A stretch of 64,000 nt of DNA from Octopus sinensis (Eukaryota). The stretch lies in assembly GCF_006345805.1 (NCBI RefSeq), contig NC_042997.1:48670001-48734000 (forward strand), in the 5' to 3' direction. The notes beneath the pieces were generated by a model. That model was given only the letters and a program-made list of their open reading frames with translations. It did not search any database and was not told where the DNA came from. Positions 26,321 to 41,418 of this stretch are shown piece after piece. A program made the position numbers and the translations under genes. Every line of letters starts with the position of its first letter. The first letter of the stretch is position 1.

Positions 26321-26444
26321 TATCTATCTATCTATCTATCTATCTGTCTATCTATCTGTCTGTCTGTCTGTCTGTCTATCTGTCTGTCTGTATGTCTGTC
26401 CGTCTATATATCTATCTATATATCTATCTATTTATCTATCTTTC

Positions 26445-26489
<45 letters not shown>

Positions 26490-26491
26490 GC

Positions 26492-26593
<102 letters not shown>

Positions 26594-26683
26594 ATAATGG
26601 TCAATATCCAAAGAACTTTGGTTATGCACCTTTGTTTTGAATATGTAACGAGCGAAACACACACATTCGCACATACGCACACA
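26594..26683 (-). repeat. Right arm of inverted repeat
   Basis: ataatggtcaatatccaaagaactttggttatgcacctttgttttgaatatgtaacgagcgaaacacacacattcgcacatacgcac. Confidence 0.9.
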
Positions 26684-27492
26684 CTCTAACGCACACACAC
26701 ACGCATATCATATGTATAAATACATTTACTTCTATAAACTACAGTCATATGCACATACATTTATATAAGAGGTTTTGTGTTGACGCTGATGTATGCCTGT
26801 GTATGCTTGTGTACATTATCATTGAGTGCGTACATATGGGTCTTTGAAGCCGAGAAGACTAGAGTGCTTCAGATAAAAGCTATTTTATGTACTTAACGTT
26901 GTATTAATAGCTCATCACTTGATGGATTATTGCTTTATTTCGTTTTTCTGCTTTTAGTATTTAAAAGAAATAAAGCTACTTGCCTTGTGTAACCATCCAT
27001 GAAAAGGTTTGCATTTATATTTCTGTAGAAATGTCTTACCTTTCCTTATGCTTTTATATAAGTGCATTTATAAACATCTAGAGAGATATGCTGCACGTAT
27101 GCCTATGCTTCGCTTTGCAATTGTGTTTGCATCTAAGCATGTGTAATAGGAATGTATTAGATGCGTACGTGAGCGTGTGTCTGTGTGTGTATGTGGGTGT
27201 GTGTGTGTGTGCGTGTGTGAGTGTGGACATAATGGTTATCTGTGTATGAATGGATTGGTGAATATGTATATGAAAGTTTGGAGGCTTGCATGGATGTCGC
27301 ATAATCAAACCCACCTAACACACAAGCACACATACATACATGAAAACACGCAGGCACACACACACACATGCAGCTAGAGTACACAAGTAACACACGTGCA
27401 TAGACAAACACGTTGATGCAAATAGATGTATACATAGATAGGTAGACAGACAGACAGACAGACCGACAGAGAGACAGACAGATTGATAGATG

Positions 27493-27525
<33 letters not shown>

Positions 27526-27539
27526 ATCAGACAGACAGA

Positions 27540-28092
<553 letters not shown>

Positions 28093-28440
28093 TTGGTTGT
28101 TATAGAATTTCTTCTAGAGATTTGACCTTTTTCTGAAGATTTTTAATGCTCGACTTTTGTGGAGAAATGTCAAACTATACATCGCAGTCTTTTCATTCCT
28201 TGCATTGACGATTTTTTCAGAACGGATCTCTAATACACGAACGTCTGGATTTAATTGTTTATTTTGATAATAATACTCAGCAGAGCATTGAAGTTAGTAA
28301 ATGTCATTGTCAGGTACTATATGTATAGAGAGCTGGGACGTAAGTATCACGATTGTAAAGGCACACAAGCACACTCATGCATATGTAACTATTCCACACA
28401 GTCACATATGAAATGTATATGTGTCTGAGTGTGTGTGTAA

Positions 28441-28514
<74 letters not shown>

Positions 28515-31154
28515 ATGTATATATACTTACATATATATATATATATCCTCATGTACATGCATATTTATGTATACATGTGTGTACGTACATGTATAAATAT
28601 ATTTCTGCACATCTTTATTTTATATATATATATATAATATATGTGTGTGTGTATACATATATGTACTTTCTCATGTACTTATGTCTCTCTCTATATATAT
28701 ATGTATATAAATGTATATATGTGTGTGTATACATATATATATGTATGTATACGTTTGTGTATATATATTCTCACAAACATTTCCTTATAACATTATATGT
28801 GTGTTTGTGCTTCAGTGTGCGCGTGCGTTTCAGCATTTACATGTCTCTGTGTGTTGATGTGTGTGCAATATACGCAAGCGGAATCAGAAGTGAACCATTC
28901 AGTAACTCTTTCAATTCTAATGAGACGTATAAACATGTAGTTAAAGATGTGCGCTCAAGATTGCGCTTGCTTCTGTCTGTGCATGCGTGCGCATTTGTGT
29001 ACGAGTGTATATGCATTCTGTGCGCATCAATATTTATGAATACGTTGATGTTATGATATCATTTTATGTTTTCCTTGAAGAAAGAGCATTCTTACTGACT
29101 ATATATATTTTTTTCCCCTGCATATTTAATTCACGTTAGTTGCCTATTGTTTTCTTACTAATGGCGTCCTTGCAATATTTAATATCTAAAGTATTGCATT
29201 TTTTTACCTTGACAAATGTATTATCTGCTATATTTATTTACTGAATCTAGTGAATTCGATAAATGCGCGGAAGAATATACTTCAGAAGAAAAGTCTAATA
29301 CAGGAGTCCCTTACTGCCAGAAATATAGATGAATACCTTTTGTTTCGACGTTCTCCTTTTCTTAAGAAGTATGTATTTGTAGTCGCATTTTATAGCTACG
29401 TACATTAAATAGATTAACTATTACTTAACTCTTATAATACAGCCTAATACAGTAGTGAATGGCGTCTCTGACGTTTATACCTGCCATGTTGAGGGTTTTG
29501 TGAACATGCAGAAAGAAATGAAATATGTGCAATGAACAATCATTGTAATCGCCTCGGATTTTTTCTTGTTCCTGTAAGAGAAGTATTTAAAACATGCATC
29601 GAATTTCTATGATTATATCGTAGACTATAACCAACTATAGATATTCATACTTTAAACGCGGTGTTCATTTGTTGTTGTATATTTGTGTTTCTTGTTCTTT
29701 TGTTGTTGTCTTGTACCAAAGGAACTCTCATCGACCGGTCTTGTGCAAAAGAATTTCAGATGAGACACTCCATTTTTATTTTTCCAAAAAATTAATGTAT
29801 CAGAGACTACATTATCCAATATGTCTGGTTTTTGAAATGTGATTGTTATAGCAATTCACAACTACAGGCATTAAATAATTTTCTTATTTAATGCAGTAAT
29901 GAATAGCCTCTTTATATAGCAGTTCGAATAGATTGTAGATTGTTGCAGGTTGGCTCGCTAATAGATAACTGCATGCTTTTTTTCTTCTGTACAGGTTTCT
30001 TCATTTTTAAACGTCGTCGATCTGTGCATATTGTTCACAATAGCGTCATCTTCATAAACAACTGAGGCAAATCATAAGTGTCGAGCAGCTTGCATTCTCC
30101 GTTATTAAGAACTCATTTTTGCTTGGAGCCGATTATTCAACTGCAATGAAGTAAGAGAAAAGGAAGGATTACTACAGAGGAATTGAAACTCTTTCTCAAT
30201 AGTTGTCATTTAAATTGCACCAATGACTGCAGTTTCAACGACATATCTCGGTTAATAAGAGACGTCGGGCTTACTTTTCCACTATATTTGGTATAACCCT
30301 CTTATCAATGTTCCTATAATTTTCAGCGTCCCTTTTTTTTTTTATATAAGATGCTTATAGGACAATAACTTCAGTGAGTATTCCTCTTCTATTTAGTTTA
30401 AAAACAGTAACTACCAGAAAATATTAAATTTCTCTAAAGTCTGTATTCGTTGCCTCATCTTTCTAATATCGAGTTGAGATAGGTAGGGTTTTTGGTTCTT
30501 TGAAATTTATTACCAAATATCAAAAATGGATTGCTCTAACAAGGATCGTCTTGAAAATCATCTCAATTTAATTCTACTGACTAACAAAATATGCTAGACT
30601 TTACCTGCTACAATACCGTAGAGAACCGTGTTCATGCGTGACACTTATTCACTTCTAGTTCATTGACTGTTTACGAACTTTGAAACATTCAGTTGCCAAC
30701 TAACCTGGCATGCCCAGATATTGTCAGTTGTATTCCCAGTTTTCTACCGATATTTGTTCTTTGTAAACAACTTTAAAGAAGCTGTTTTCTCAAACTGTCC
30801 CTTGAGAATTCAGAAGAGAAATGATATTCATCAATATTCGATGTGTTGAAATATTCAAATTTCAAATAACAATACAGATGTTACTTCCGTTGGCTGCCGA
30901 TGATGACGATAATGTTGAAGCAGATAATGAGGAACAGAAGGAGGAGAAGGACAATGATGATGGTTTGGAAGAAGAGGAGGGGAATGATGTTCGCTTAATT
31001 AAGTTTGGTTTCCATTCTCTAAATTTTAGACGACTACAAACTTTTGAATTTCTCGTAAAATCATCACGTATCACTAATGTTTTAAATTACTAATTGCTGG
31101 AATAAAAACAAGATATTTCACCGGCAAATATGAACACAAAAATATGAAGTGCTT

Positions 31155-31249
31155 TGTCGTTTCTTTATTATTATTATTATTATTATTATTAATATTATTA
31201 TTATTATTATTAATATTATTATTATTATTATTATTAGTATTAGTATTAG

Positions 31250-31297
<48 letters not shown>

Positions 31298-31345
31298 GAT
31301 GATGATGATGATGATGCTGATGATGATGATCATCATCATCATCAT
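31155..31345 (+). repeat. (ATT)n/(ATG)n compound microsatellite
   Basis: Directly visible. Confidence 0.95.
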
Positions 31346-31887
31346 CTTCAATACTTTATTGAGCTGTAAATTTTTATACATTGCGTGACTATAAAACGTT
31401 TTCATTCCCAAAATTCTTTTTTCTTCTGTTTTAGTTGTTTTTGTACCTGTTGTTATCACTGGTAGTGTCGTGGCTGTTTTTCATGTTGTTCTTGTTGAGG
31501 TATTGTTGCTGTTTATCGTCAGGTGAATTCTGATATAAACCAAACTTATGATCAAAAGACTCCCAGACATGAATATTGTGCTTTATATATTTCTTCCAGC
31601 CGCAAGATATCGTGGCCTATATATGCTGGTATGTCCAACCATTTTTCAGATTGTAATCTGTGATTTGACAAGAAGTTGGCTGCTCGATTAGGTCTTACCT
31701 GGGGTTAAACAAAAGTAACAAAAAAAACGACATCAAATGCAGAAAGTTAAAAGTGATTAAGAATATTTTTGGCTACAATGCTGAGTTGACTTCCATTAGT
31801 CGTAACAGTAATCAGTGTGGTCACATGTGTTGCCATAAGTATGTATTTATATATATATATATATACATATATATACATACAATATGT

Positions 31888-31926
<39 letters not shown>

Positions 31927-32145
31927 TATATATATATACATACCATATGTATACATACATGGATATCTGTATGCATACTCACACAGACGCACACACGAAC
32001 ACAGACATGCATACATGCGCCCACACATACACACACATATATGTATATATATATATATATAACGAGAGAAAAGACTATGGTCCTGTACTTGGTATTCCTT
32101 CATTTCCTCAGTTACAAATATTTCAGTAATCGGCATCAGATGATG

Positions 32146-32328
32146 TCATGCAACGAATACGATACTTAAAGACACCTCATAAGTGCACCTTGCATAAGTA
32201 ATCCGAACGCTTCTTCTATAGCCGTCATCAATCTCCACTGCTCCCCAAGCGATCACACAACTGTAGTTTAATGTGATGAAGATAAAAAGCCGAAACATGA
32301 CCGGTAAAATTTTTATGCGAGTTTCCAT
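32146..32328 (-). other. Candidate first coding exon with a signal-peptide-like N-terminus (unverified)
   Basis: METRIKILPVMFRLFIFITLNYSCVIAWGAVEIDDGYRRSVRITYAR, next to CpG-rich sequence at 32400-32900. Only weak donor sites and no homology recognised. Confidence 0.2.
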
Positions 32329-33397
32329 AGACGTTGATGTCAGCTGGATGCGTTGCGGTATTTGTACTGACACCCTTCAATTTGTGTTCAAATTCTACTG
32401 ATGTCTGTTTCTGTGTCTTTCATTTTTGCGGAATCGGTAAGCAAAGTACCAACCCAGCCATTAGTTCGACGGAATAATTAGAATGTCTTACAATATTTGT
32501 TCTTGTTCTTCGTGTCCTGAAGATAATATTTGCGCGGCCATTGGAGCGAAGGTGTATTGCTTTTGCGTCTCACACACTCTCGTCTCCTCTCTTTCTCTGT
32601 TTCTCTGTTTCTCTCGCTCGCACTCTCACTTAAAAATCTTCGGTGATATGTTAAGCGGAAACCTGAATGCGAAACCAATTAAATGAGCGTTATGTATATA
32701 TATATATTTACACACACCTCAGTTTGTTTGTCTGTTTGACTGTTTACTTGATTATTTATATCATCTATGTCGTGGGTGGGATGTGTGTGTGCGCGCGTGC
32801 TCTTCGTGCGATGGCAGTGTTGTGGGTGATTGGATGAGCTTGCGCACAATAATCTTACTGTTCGGAATTCGCCTCTTGTTAAACTGCATCCCTAGAGCCC
32901 TGGTACGATCTTGAGGCGTGTGGAGCCACATCTTAGCCACTATTGTTCCTAGGTCTATTCTGACTGGAATTAGTACCACTTCTTAGGTCCCAGAAATGAG
33001 TTAACTAGCATGTGATCCCATGGGAGTGAAAGAGCCCTAGTTCTCTTTAGAAAGGTATACTCATGTGAGAAAACTGAAGCGCAGCTGGTTTCTGATCGTC
33101 TCAACCTTGGTTTTGCCATTAGATTTATAGCTGATGGCACTGAAAAGCAGGTCCTGTAATTTGCAAAACTTCATCCGCTCAAAGAAAATGCACACCGAAG
33201 AGCCTCTTGAATTTTCGGAATGTCTGAACTATTCTGTTTAAGCCTGGCCTATTGTGCTCAAGAACTTGTGTTACTAGGTCACGAGTAGACTTCCACTATG
33301 TATGCATGTATGTATGTATGTATGTATGTGTATATTTATGCATGCATGGTTGTATGTATGCATGCTTGTATTTATGTCTTTATGTATGTATGCATGT

Positions 33398-33461
<64 letters not shown>

Positions 33462-33624
33462 GTGTGTGTGTGTGTGCTGCATGCTAACGTATTTACGTAT
33501 GTATATATGTATGAATATATGCATGCATGTATGTACGTATGCATGTATGCATGCATGCATATATGAGTATGTATGTGTGTGTGCGTGCGTTTGTACGTAT
33601 ATATGTATATGTATATGTATATCA

Positions 33625-34175
33625 TTATTCAATTTTATTTCAAGATTTCTTGCCAATAGAGAAATAACCGGTTCCTAACCCAGATCGAAGGCCCCTTCAT
33701 TGGACTTTCAACACCAAGAGGATATTTTTGAATGAATGTATGTATATGTGCAGTATTTGGAGTCACTGTATGTGCAGATGTGTATGTTTTGTTTTATGCT
33801 TGCATGTATGTATGTATGTATGTATGTATGTTTGTATGTATGTATATACGTATGTATGTATGCTCATGCATATCTAGACCTGCGCAGATATACTTACGAG
33901 AAATGAGAGATTTCTTGAAAGTTTTACAGATTTTTTTCGGGCTCAGTAATGGTCTGGATCAGTAGCTTTCTCCTTTCTGATTTTGAGAAGCCTAGTTTCT
34001 CAAGATAACTAATAGTTAGGCAGTGTGTTACATATCTCAGTGTGCCAATAATTACAGGTATAATCTGAACTTGTAACAGAGGTAGGGTAACACTAGAATT
34101 TTCAATAGTTCAGTACAGGTGTTTTCTTTTTCGCTGAACTTTAGTTTTATGTTAACATCCGCTGGGCAGTTAATT
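33625..34175 (-). mobile_element. 3' fragment of the 13876-15793 R4-type family plus module B
   Basis: tttatgttaacatccgctgggcag matches ~14170-14200; ttcttgaaagtttt and gagaagcct also match; module B at 33625-33730. Confidence 0.8.
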
Positions 34176-34194
34176 TCCATCCCAGATCACTATG

Positions 34195-34400
34195 TGTGTC
34201 ATTATTCAGTTTTATTTCAAGATTTCTTGCCAATAGAGAAAGAACCAGTTTCTAACCTAGATACAAGATTCCTTCATTGGAATTTCAACATCAACAACAG
34301 GGTATTTTTCTTTGTATGTATGTATGTACGTATGTATTATGCATGTGCAGAATTTTATGTTTTATGTATTCTCATGCGTATAGTTACATACCTAGACGTA
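34195..34400 (-). mobile_element. Second tandem short copy (module B plus the extreme 3' UTR of the R4-type family)
   Basis: tttatttcaagatttcttgccaatagagaaagaacc...caacagggtatt, TATG spacer, then gtgcaga.ttt.atgtttt. Confidence 0.75.
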
Positions 34401-34861
34401 TGTATGCATGTATGTATGTATTATGTATGTATTATGTAGTATGTGTACGAAATACATTCTCATTACGGAGTAAATCATGACACAAAATCTCACTGAATCA
34501 GGACAAAATATCCATACATTTTCTACGCAGCCCAGAACTTTGTCAACATTGACTCTAAGAAGATAATTTCTTTAAGAAGCAAGTGAAATGAAATAATGCT
34601 ATATCACTGATATTTAACCAGGCAAACTCGAAGGGAAGAATGAATTTATCAATAATTAATTTCAATAAACACGCAGTACATCACCAAATTTATACAATAA
34701 TTATAACGATGCAATCATTCTAAAATTTGACCTCAGTCATATTTTGATTAAAGATTTCTCTAATTAATTTGAAAAGAAAAAAGAAAATGGATTGCTTTTA
34801 AAATGATTACTATGAAGATTTGTATTTGCATGTTTAGGTGTGAATAGATCACGTTTACATA

Positions 34862-35350
<489 letters not shown>

Positions 35351-35694
35351 TAGGGATGTAGATATATCTCTGCGTATATGTATTTGTGAATGTATGTTTG
35401 TATGTTTGTGCTTGTGTGTATACACACATACATACTAATGCATGACCATAGCTAGACGTGCTTCAGAGTAAGTCTACTACTTCCTCTTTATAGGTATCGT
35501 TGCTATTCTACACTGTGGTTATAATTGTTTTAACTGTTGCTGTTCTTGGTTGTATTCGCAGCTATTGCTGCTGTTGTTGTTCTTGGTGGGTTTCTTGCTT
35601 TTTTTTTTCGCTTTTATTTTTTTGATGCAGCAGCAGTAGTGAGGGATATTAATGTGCCTTGTTAATTAAATTCAGTAATTATCTGTCACAATCG

Positions 35695-35871
35695 AAAACA
35701 ACAGCAACAATAACAAGAATACAATAAAAGCAACAACAATGACAACAATAACACAAGAACAACAACAGCAACACCAACAACCATAACAACATCAATAATA
35801 ATAATAATCATTATTATTATTTTCATTATTATTATTATTATTATAATTAATATTATTATTATTATTATTAT

Positions 35872-35921
<50 letters not shown>

Positions 35922-36725
35922 TAGTGTAATTTTTTGTTTTGTTTTTTTTCTGGAATGAAGGTAGGAATGTTGTCATAAATCTAGTCGATATAATTTGTTT
36001 TTAGTAATCGCTGGCAAAATTTGGACATCAATCATAAGAAAATTAATTTTAATGAACCAACTTTGTCTTTGTTTTGCTTTTGTTTTTTGGGTTTTTTTTT
36101 TCCCTTTTCTGTTGCTTCTTGACTTCCCGAGATGTTGAAAGTAAAATAAATGCTGATGGCGCCGGTAGATGAGGTTTGGAGCGTGGCGGCGGGCGGGGGC
36201 TGATCTTAGAACTCCTGTGGCTAGTTAATGGGGAGTGTATTATTGACGGTTGCTTTTGGGAATATTAATTATGAAATAAACTGTGGCAGGTTTTAGTACT
36301 TCTTCGTAGTGGTGGTGGTGGTGGTGGTGGTGGTGATGGCAGCGGCGGCGATAGTGGTTGGGCGGTGAAAGTGGTGACGGTGGTCATGTTGGTGGTGGTT
36401 GTGGGTGATAGGTGGTGGGTGGGTAGTGTTTTGGTGCTGCTTGTGGTAGCGGTCGTAGTCGTGTTGGTGGTGGTGGTGGTGGTGGTGGTCATGTTGTTGT
36501 TGTTGGTGCGGTGGTGATGGTGGTGGTAGTGGTTATTGGAAGTTGATAGTCATGATGAAATGATTAACATGATCACCGTGCGGATGAAAATATCTTCAGG
36601 GAAATGATGATGATGATGATGAAGATAACGACGATGACGATGATGACGACGACGGCCATGATGATAATGATGATGACGATGACGACGATGATGAGGAGGA
36701 GGTGGAGAAGGATATTTGTGGTGGT
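35695..36725. repeat. Trinucleotide repeat clusters (AAC, ATT, AGT; GGT, GAT)
   Basis: Visible at ~35695-35920 and ~36305-36725. Confidence 0.9.
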
Positions 36726-36987
36726 TGTGATAGTGGTAATAAAATTCCAACTCAGTGAAGAAATTCCTACACTATTTTAATATAATTTAGCACGTATATT
36801 TTCGCGCAGAATCCTAGGCGGCGCCCAAAATTGCCTCCCAATGTCCTTTGGTGTAATGCCTATATATATATATATATGTATATGTATGTATGTATATATA
36901 TATATATTATATATATATATATATATATACATACATACATACACACATACATACATATATACATACATACATACATACATACATACA

Positions 36988-37023
<36 letters not shown>

Positions 37024-37329
37024 CATACATATACATACATGTATATTATTGTGTCTGGGGAAAGTCATTTTGTGTTATGCCTTATAAATTAACATACTCA
37101 TTGGATCGATTTTTACTCATTTACTTACTTATTTTTACTAAACTTTTCGTTGCTTCTTCTTGCAACCTCTTCAATAATCTTTCGAATACCCCGGATTATG
37201 CTTAAGGACCATAAACCTAACTTTCTTATTGATTTGTCCTTCTAAATCCGACATAGGTATTATTAGTAAAATAAATCATTGATAGGGTAATTCCTGCCCC
37301 TAAGTCTAAAATTACATTAGCCCTCTGGT

Positions 37330-38620
37330 CTGATACCGAAGTGGTCATTGAATAGTTTAAACTTCTAGATATTAGTAAAAATAATAAATTCTTGCAACTA
37401 AATATAGAACGCTATAATGCGACTATCAACCCGATCGACCTTAATCAAGCCCTGATGTATAGAATGGGAAATTCCTTATCTGTCTCGACGTGAAATACAT
37501 ATTATACTTGTTGGGTGAGCCACTTTAGTAGATTTGGATAGTAGATTATGGTGTGGATTAGATAGGGAGAATGCTTTTGATATAGCAATGGGGTCATATG
37601 ACTCCTCACAGGTCGCAGACCTAGTCGGAATATATACCCTTTCATTAATCCAGTCTTCCTCTCCGGAAGTAACAGGGGGTCTATATAGGGATGATGCTTT
37701 TTTTCTAAACAGAAGTAGCAAATTAGAAAGGCATAAGAAAAATTTCTGTTGATTAAAAAAAAATTGGGACTAAACATTACTATGGGAAAGGATTATCGTA
37801 GAGTAAATTTTCTTCACGTTACCATCTGTATTGATATTGGATTATCTGAACCATTTGATAAGTCAAATGATCATATTAAGTACATAAATGTAGCATCCAA
37901 CCATCCACCCTCGATAATACGGTGATTAGTTAAGAATATTTCTACAAGAATTTCTTGATTATCCGCTAATAATGAAATTTTCGAATCACATACAACTTAT
38001 AATGCTGCTTTAGCTAGGGCTGGGTACCGTGAAAAAATTCAGTATATACAAGAAGCAGGCATAAACAACACAACCCTAGTAATTCCTCCAATTGTAATAC
38101 ACATTGTACATCATCATAACATCACGATTTGAGAACTCACTAGGATAAAGACTACATGCCAGGAAGAATTGGGCAAGACAATGAACTACCAGCAAAAATT
38201 CATAGACACACGTGACATAATAATCCAACTGCTTGTAACATTGTAAATTGTTCCAATCCTGTACACCACACTCGATCAAGTAAGCCAAACAACACATATA
38301 GGAATCGGGATGTCCTCTGGTTCAACCCAATTTTCGGTTCGCATGTTTCAACCAAGATCGCTGGAAAAGTTTTTGTCGCTCTGGACAAATGTTTTCCTAA
38401 ATCTAATCGATGTCATACTATTTTTAATCGGCACACCGTGAAGGTACCCTACTCCAACTCTGCTAATTTAGAGCAGCTTATGCACCGCATAGACAATAGT
38501 AAAATGCAACAAAGTTCCAATAACCCACCTACTGGGTCTAGCGAACGTACGCATCTAAATACCAACAAAGGGGGAAAGAAACTGCAATGAAAAACACCAA
38601 TTACGGCCAAATTGTGATAG
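37330..38620 (+). mobile_element. Decayed PLE RT of a divergent type (possibly Hydra clade)
   Basis: FDIAMGSYDSSQVADLVGIY, GLYRDD, RVNFLHVT, KYINVASNHPPSII, YNAALARAGY, RDVLWFNP and FNRHTVKV.Y across frameshifts and stops. The clade assignment rests on recalled motifs only. Confidence 0.75.
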
Positions 38621-39085
38621 TAGAAATACTTATGATACAACTAAAACGGTACTGCTGGATGCTCCTGAACCAGTTGTTAAGTGACCCGCCCGTGAGGGAT
38701 CGATGCTAGATGTGTCGAAAGAACTTTCATGATTAATAATGAATTCTCATATATTCCATCTTCCGTCTTTCATTTAACATATATATATATATATATATAT
38801 ATCAAGTTGATGTACATCTACATAGATTATTCATTGAACACGTGGCGAAAATGTCAATTTACTGCACGGAAAGTTGATTGTTTAAGTAATTTCAATAACT
38901 CTTCCGTTACGAATCTTCCTGTGGCTAATTTGGATGTTAACTAGAAACCAACAGCAGATCCAAAATGAAGTACAATACAGTATGACTTAAGATAGTGTAA
39001 TATAATATGATATTATATATATTACATATGTATATATAAAAATAGACACATACATACACACGTGCACATGTAAACATACATACAT

Positions 39086-39168
<83 letters not shown>

Positions 39169-39276
39169 CATACACACACATAGACATACATACATGTCAT
39201 TGCCCTGAAAGAGTTCCTTCTATTAATTTTAATCCCACAAGTGATCAGTTTATTTGTCTTTCTCTCCGTCTGTCTG

Positions 39277-39309
<33 letters not shown>

Positions 39310-39859
39310 TACACACATATACACACACATTCTTTATCTATCTACGTAGCTCTCTATCTCTCCAGAGATTTTCACTATTTCTGGAAACAGATTACAGTGT
39401 GTCCCGTTTGCAGACTGAACCATTGACTTATCGCTCCCATTCCCAATATGTAACAGGTTATAAACATCCACCTTCAAAACCTTGTGAATTCATGTACCAC
39501 GTCAATGACCTACGATCTGTCAAGTCTACTACATACTTCCTCTCCAATTTGACACACTTATAGATCCTTTATCAAAAACATTATTGTTACAAATAACGTT
39601 AGCGACATATTTTACTGTTGCTGGCTTGAGAATTTATTTGTTAAACGAGAAGAACCTTCATGTAGGCCACGCATCATGCTAGAAATAATACTCAACACGT
39701 TCATAAATCACACCGTACTGCCATAAATTAGGACATATTACTAAATGAATTCCCAGTTAAATTATTTCTAAAAATATACTAAAATTTATCAATTATTGAG
39801 CAACATTGGTGTTAAATCTCCTCTAAGAAGAACTAGATTCCCAACAATGAATTATACTC

Positions 39860-40050
39860 CATCTATCATCCATTGAATGGTAACCTTCTTGTCAAATCTC
39901 ACCATTGTTTTGGTGCGGTGACTGCTAAGTGTGATCTACTATTTGTTTATCTTCCACACCCTTCCACATTCTTCCTCCTGTACATCAGTGACCTACTTAG
40001 TGCCACTTCTAATAACATTTTCAGTCCAAGCTGACCTTTTACACTAATGT
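39860..40050 (+). mobile_element. Highly decayed LINE RT fragment (L2/CR1 group)
   Basis: VTFLSNLTIV and PSTFFLLYISDLLSATSNNIFS resemble the SFLSNR...PTLFLLYINDLL...YADD region. Confidence 0.4.
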
Positions 40051-41145
40051 AACATCTATGAGCTTAATTCAAACCTACAGTAGATTCATAAACAAACGCC
40101 TACACGTATTTCAATTCAGCAAGATTAAATATAATTTAATACATATATTTTTTCTTATATATTATTGCTCACAGTCATTTTTCAAGTACCTTTGGACAGC
40201 CTACATCTATATATGAACTTTAAGCGTTGGTATCTATTATTCATTGAATACTGGCGAAAATAGTTTCTTGCATCAAAAATAATCGATTATACTTGAAATC
40301 ACATTATTTATTCATTTCCAATCTCTTTTTGCAAAATATGGATTTTAACACACAAATCAACATTAAAAGTATTTGAATATGTTTAATATAATGTATAGGT
40401 CACACGAACGATGGAACATAAGAGCGCCGGCTTAAATAATACGTATTCATTTACATCCGTCCCTCAGTATTGTGTCTTCAAATCACGATTGCATTCGGAT
40501 TTTTTTTATTATTTTTTGCTTTCATCAGTAATGGTCACAATTGTTGTATACTGAAGTTGATTGACACTAAAATACATCTGTCATAATACATCTAGGCATT
40601 GTCTGTCGAATTCCCAAAATAAACCTTATCGTATAAGTTTATGCACCATTTATATAATGGTCAAATCACATCATCACAGACAGTGATATTGGAACTCACT
40701 TGGGCTCCATTACACAATTAACTTTCACGTATTCTAACATCCGGTCCTTTCTTTCCTCCCCTGCTTCTTCCTCCAGCAAGCACCTCAAGGACCTTGTTGT
40801 CACTTCTATGATACCATCATTCGCCCTTTCCTAACCAACCATATGCAGTTTAGTCACCTCCGCTTAAACCACTACTCCCTCCAAAAATAAAAGAAAACTT
40901 ATAAAAACGTATTTTCAAATTTGTATACGAAATATTTTCAAAGAGTTCCTTTACAGGCCATCACGAAAATGGTGAGAGTTCTTTTACTATAATCCTTCTC
41001 GATGGTCTCACTAGCCTCAATAATGAACTACTTCATTCCATTCCTAGGAACTTTTAATCTCTTCTTTGTAAATAGTGTAGCATACCTTTTGTTATGCAAC
41101 TGTTTTTATATTTTAATTTTAGTGAATTTTTTTTTAAATGTAGAT

Positions 41146-41418
41146 ATGTTTCTTTATTAGCCACACAGGGCTGAACACAGAGGGGACAAATTACAAAGTA
41201 GAGCTTTTCTTTTGGGGAGACAAAAAAGGAAAGAAAAATAAAAAATAAAAAGGGGGTAGGTTTTCGATCAAAACGGATTATAAAAAGTGAGAAAAAAACG
41301 ATCAATAGGGATCGTGTATCACAGAAATGTCATGATGTAAAGTGTAAAGGAGGAAGCAGATAAGGTTTATTCGTGGAAAGAAAAACCTACGGAAAAGACC
41401 ACAGTAACCTCGGTCAAT
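41146..41418 (-). mobile_element. 3' UTR fragment of the Tx1-like family
   Basis: Reverse complement of ~26050-26322 (gaccgaggttac.gtggtcttttccgtagg...agccctgtgtggctaataaagaaacatatcta). Confidence 0.88.

Noticed and set aside
28221-28313. 93 bp AG/GT-bounded open segment NGSLIHERLDLIVYFDNNTQQSIEVSKCHCQ
   Set aside because: Plausible splice signals, but no recognisable homology or partner exons. Open segments this short arise by chance.
29726-29765. tctcatc/gatgaga helix enclosing gaccggtc, hammerhead-like
   Set aside because: The GAAA and CUGANGA core elements are missing or broken.
30821-31093. Acidic ORF (DDDDNVEADNEEQKEE)
   Set aside because: Derived from decayed GAT/GAA repeats, with no splice or homology support.
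36790-36863. TIR-like end (taggcattacaccaaagg on the minus strand)
   Set aside because: No partner terminus found in the window.
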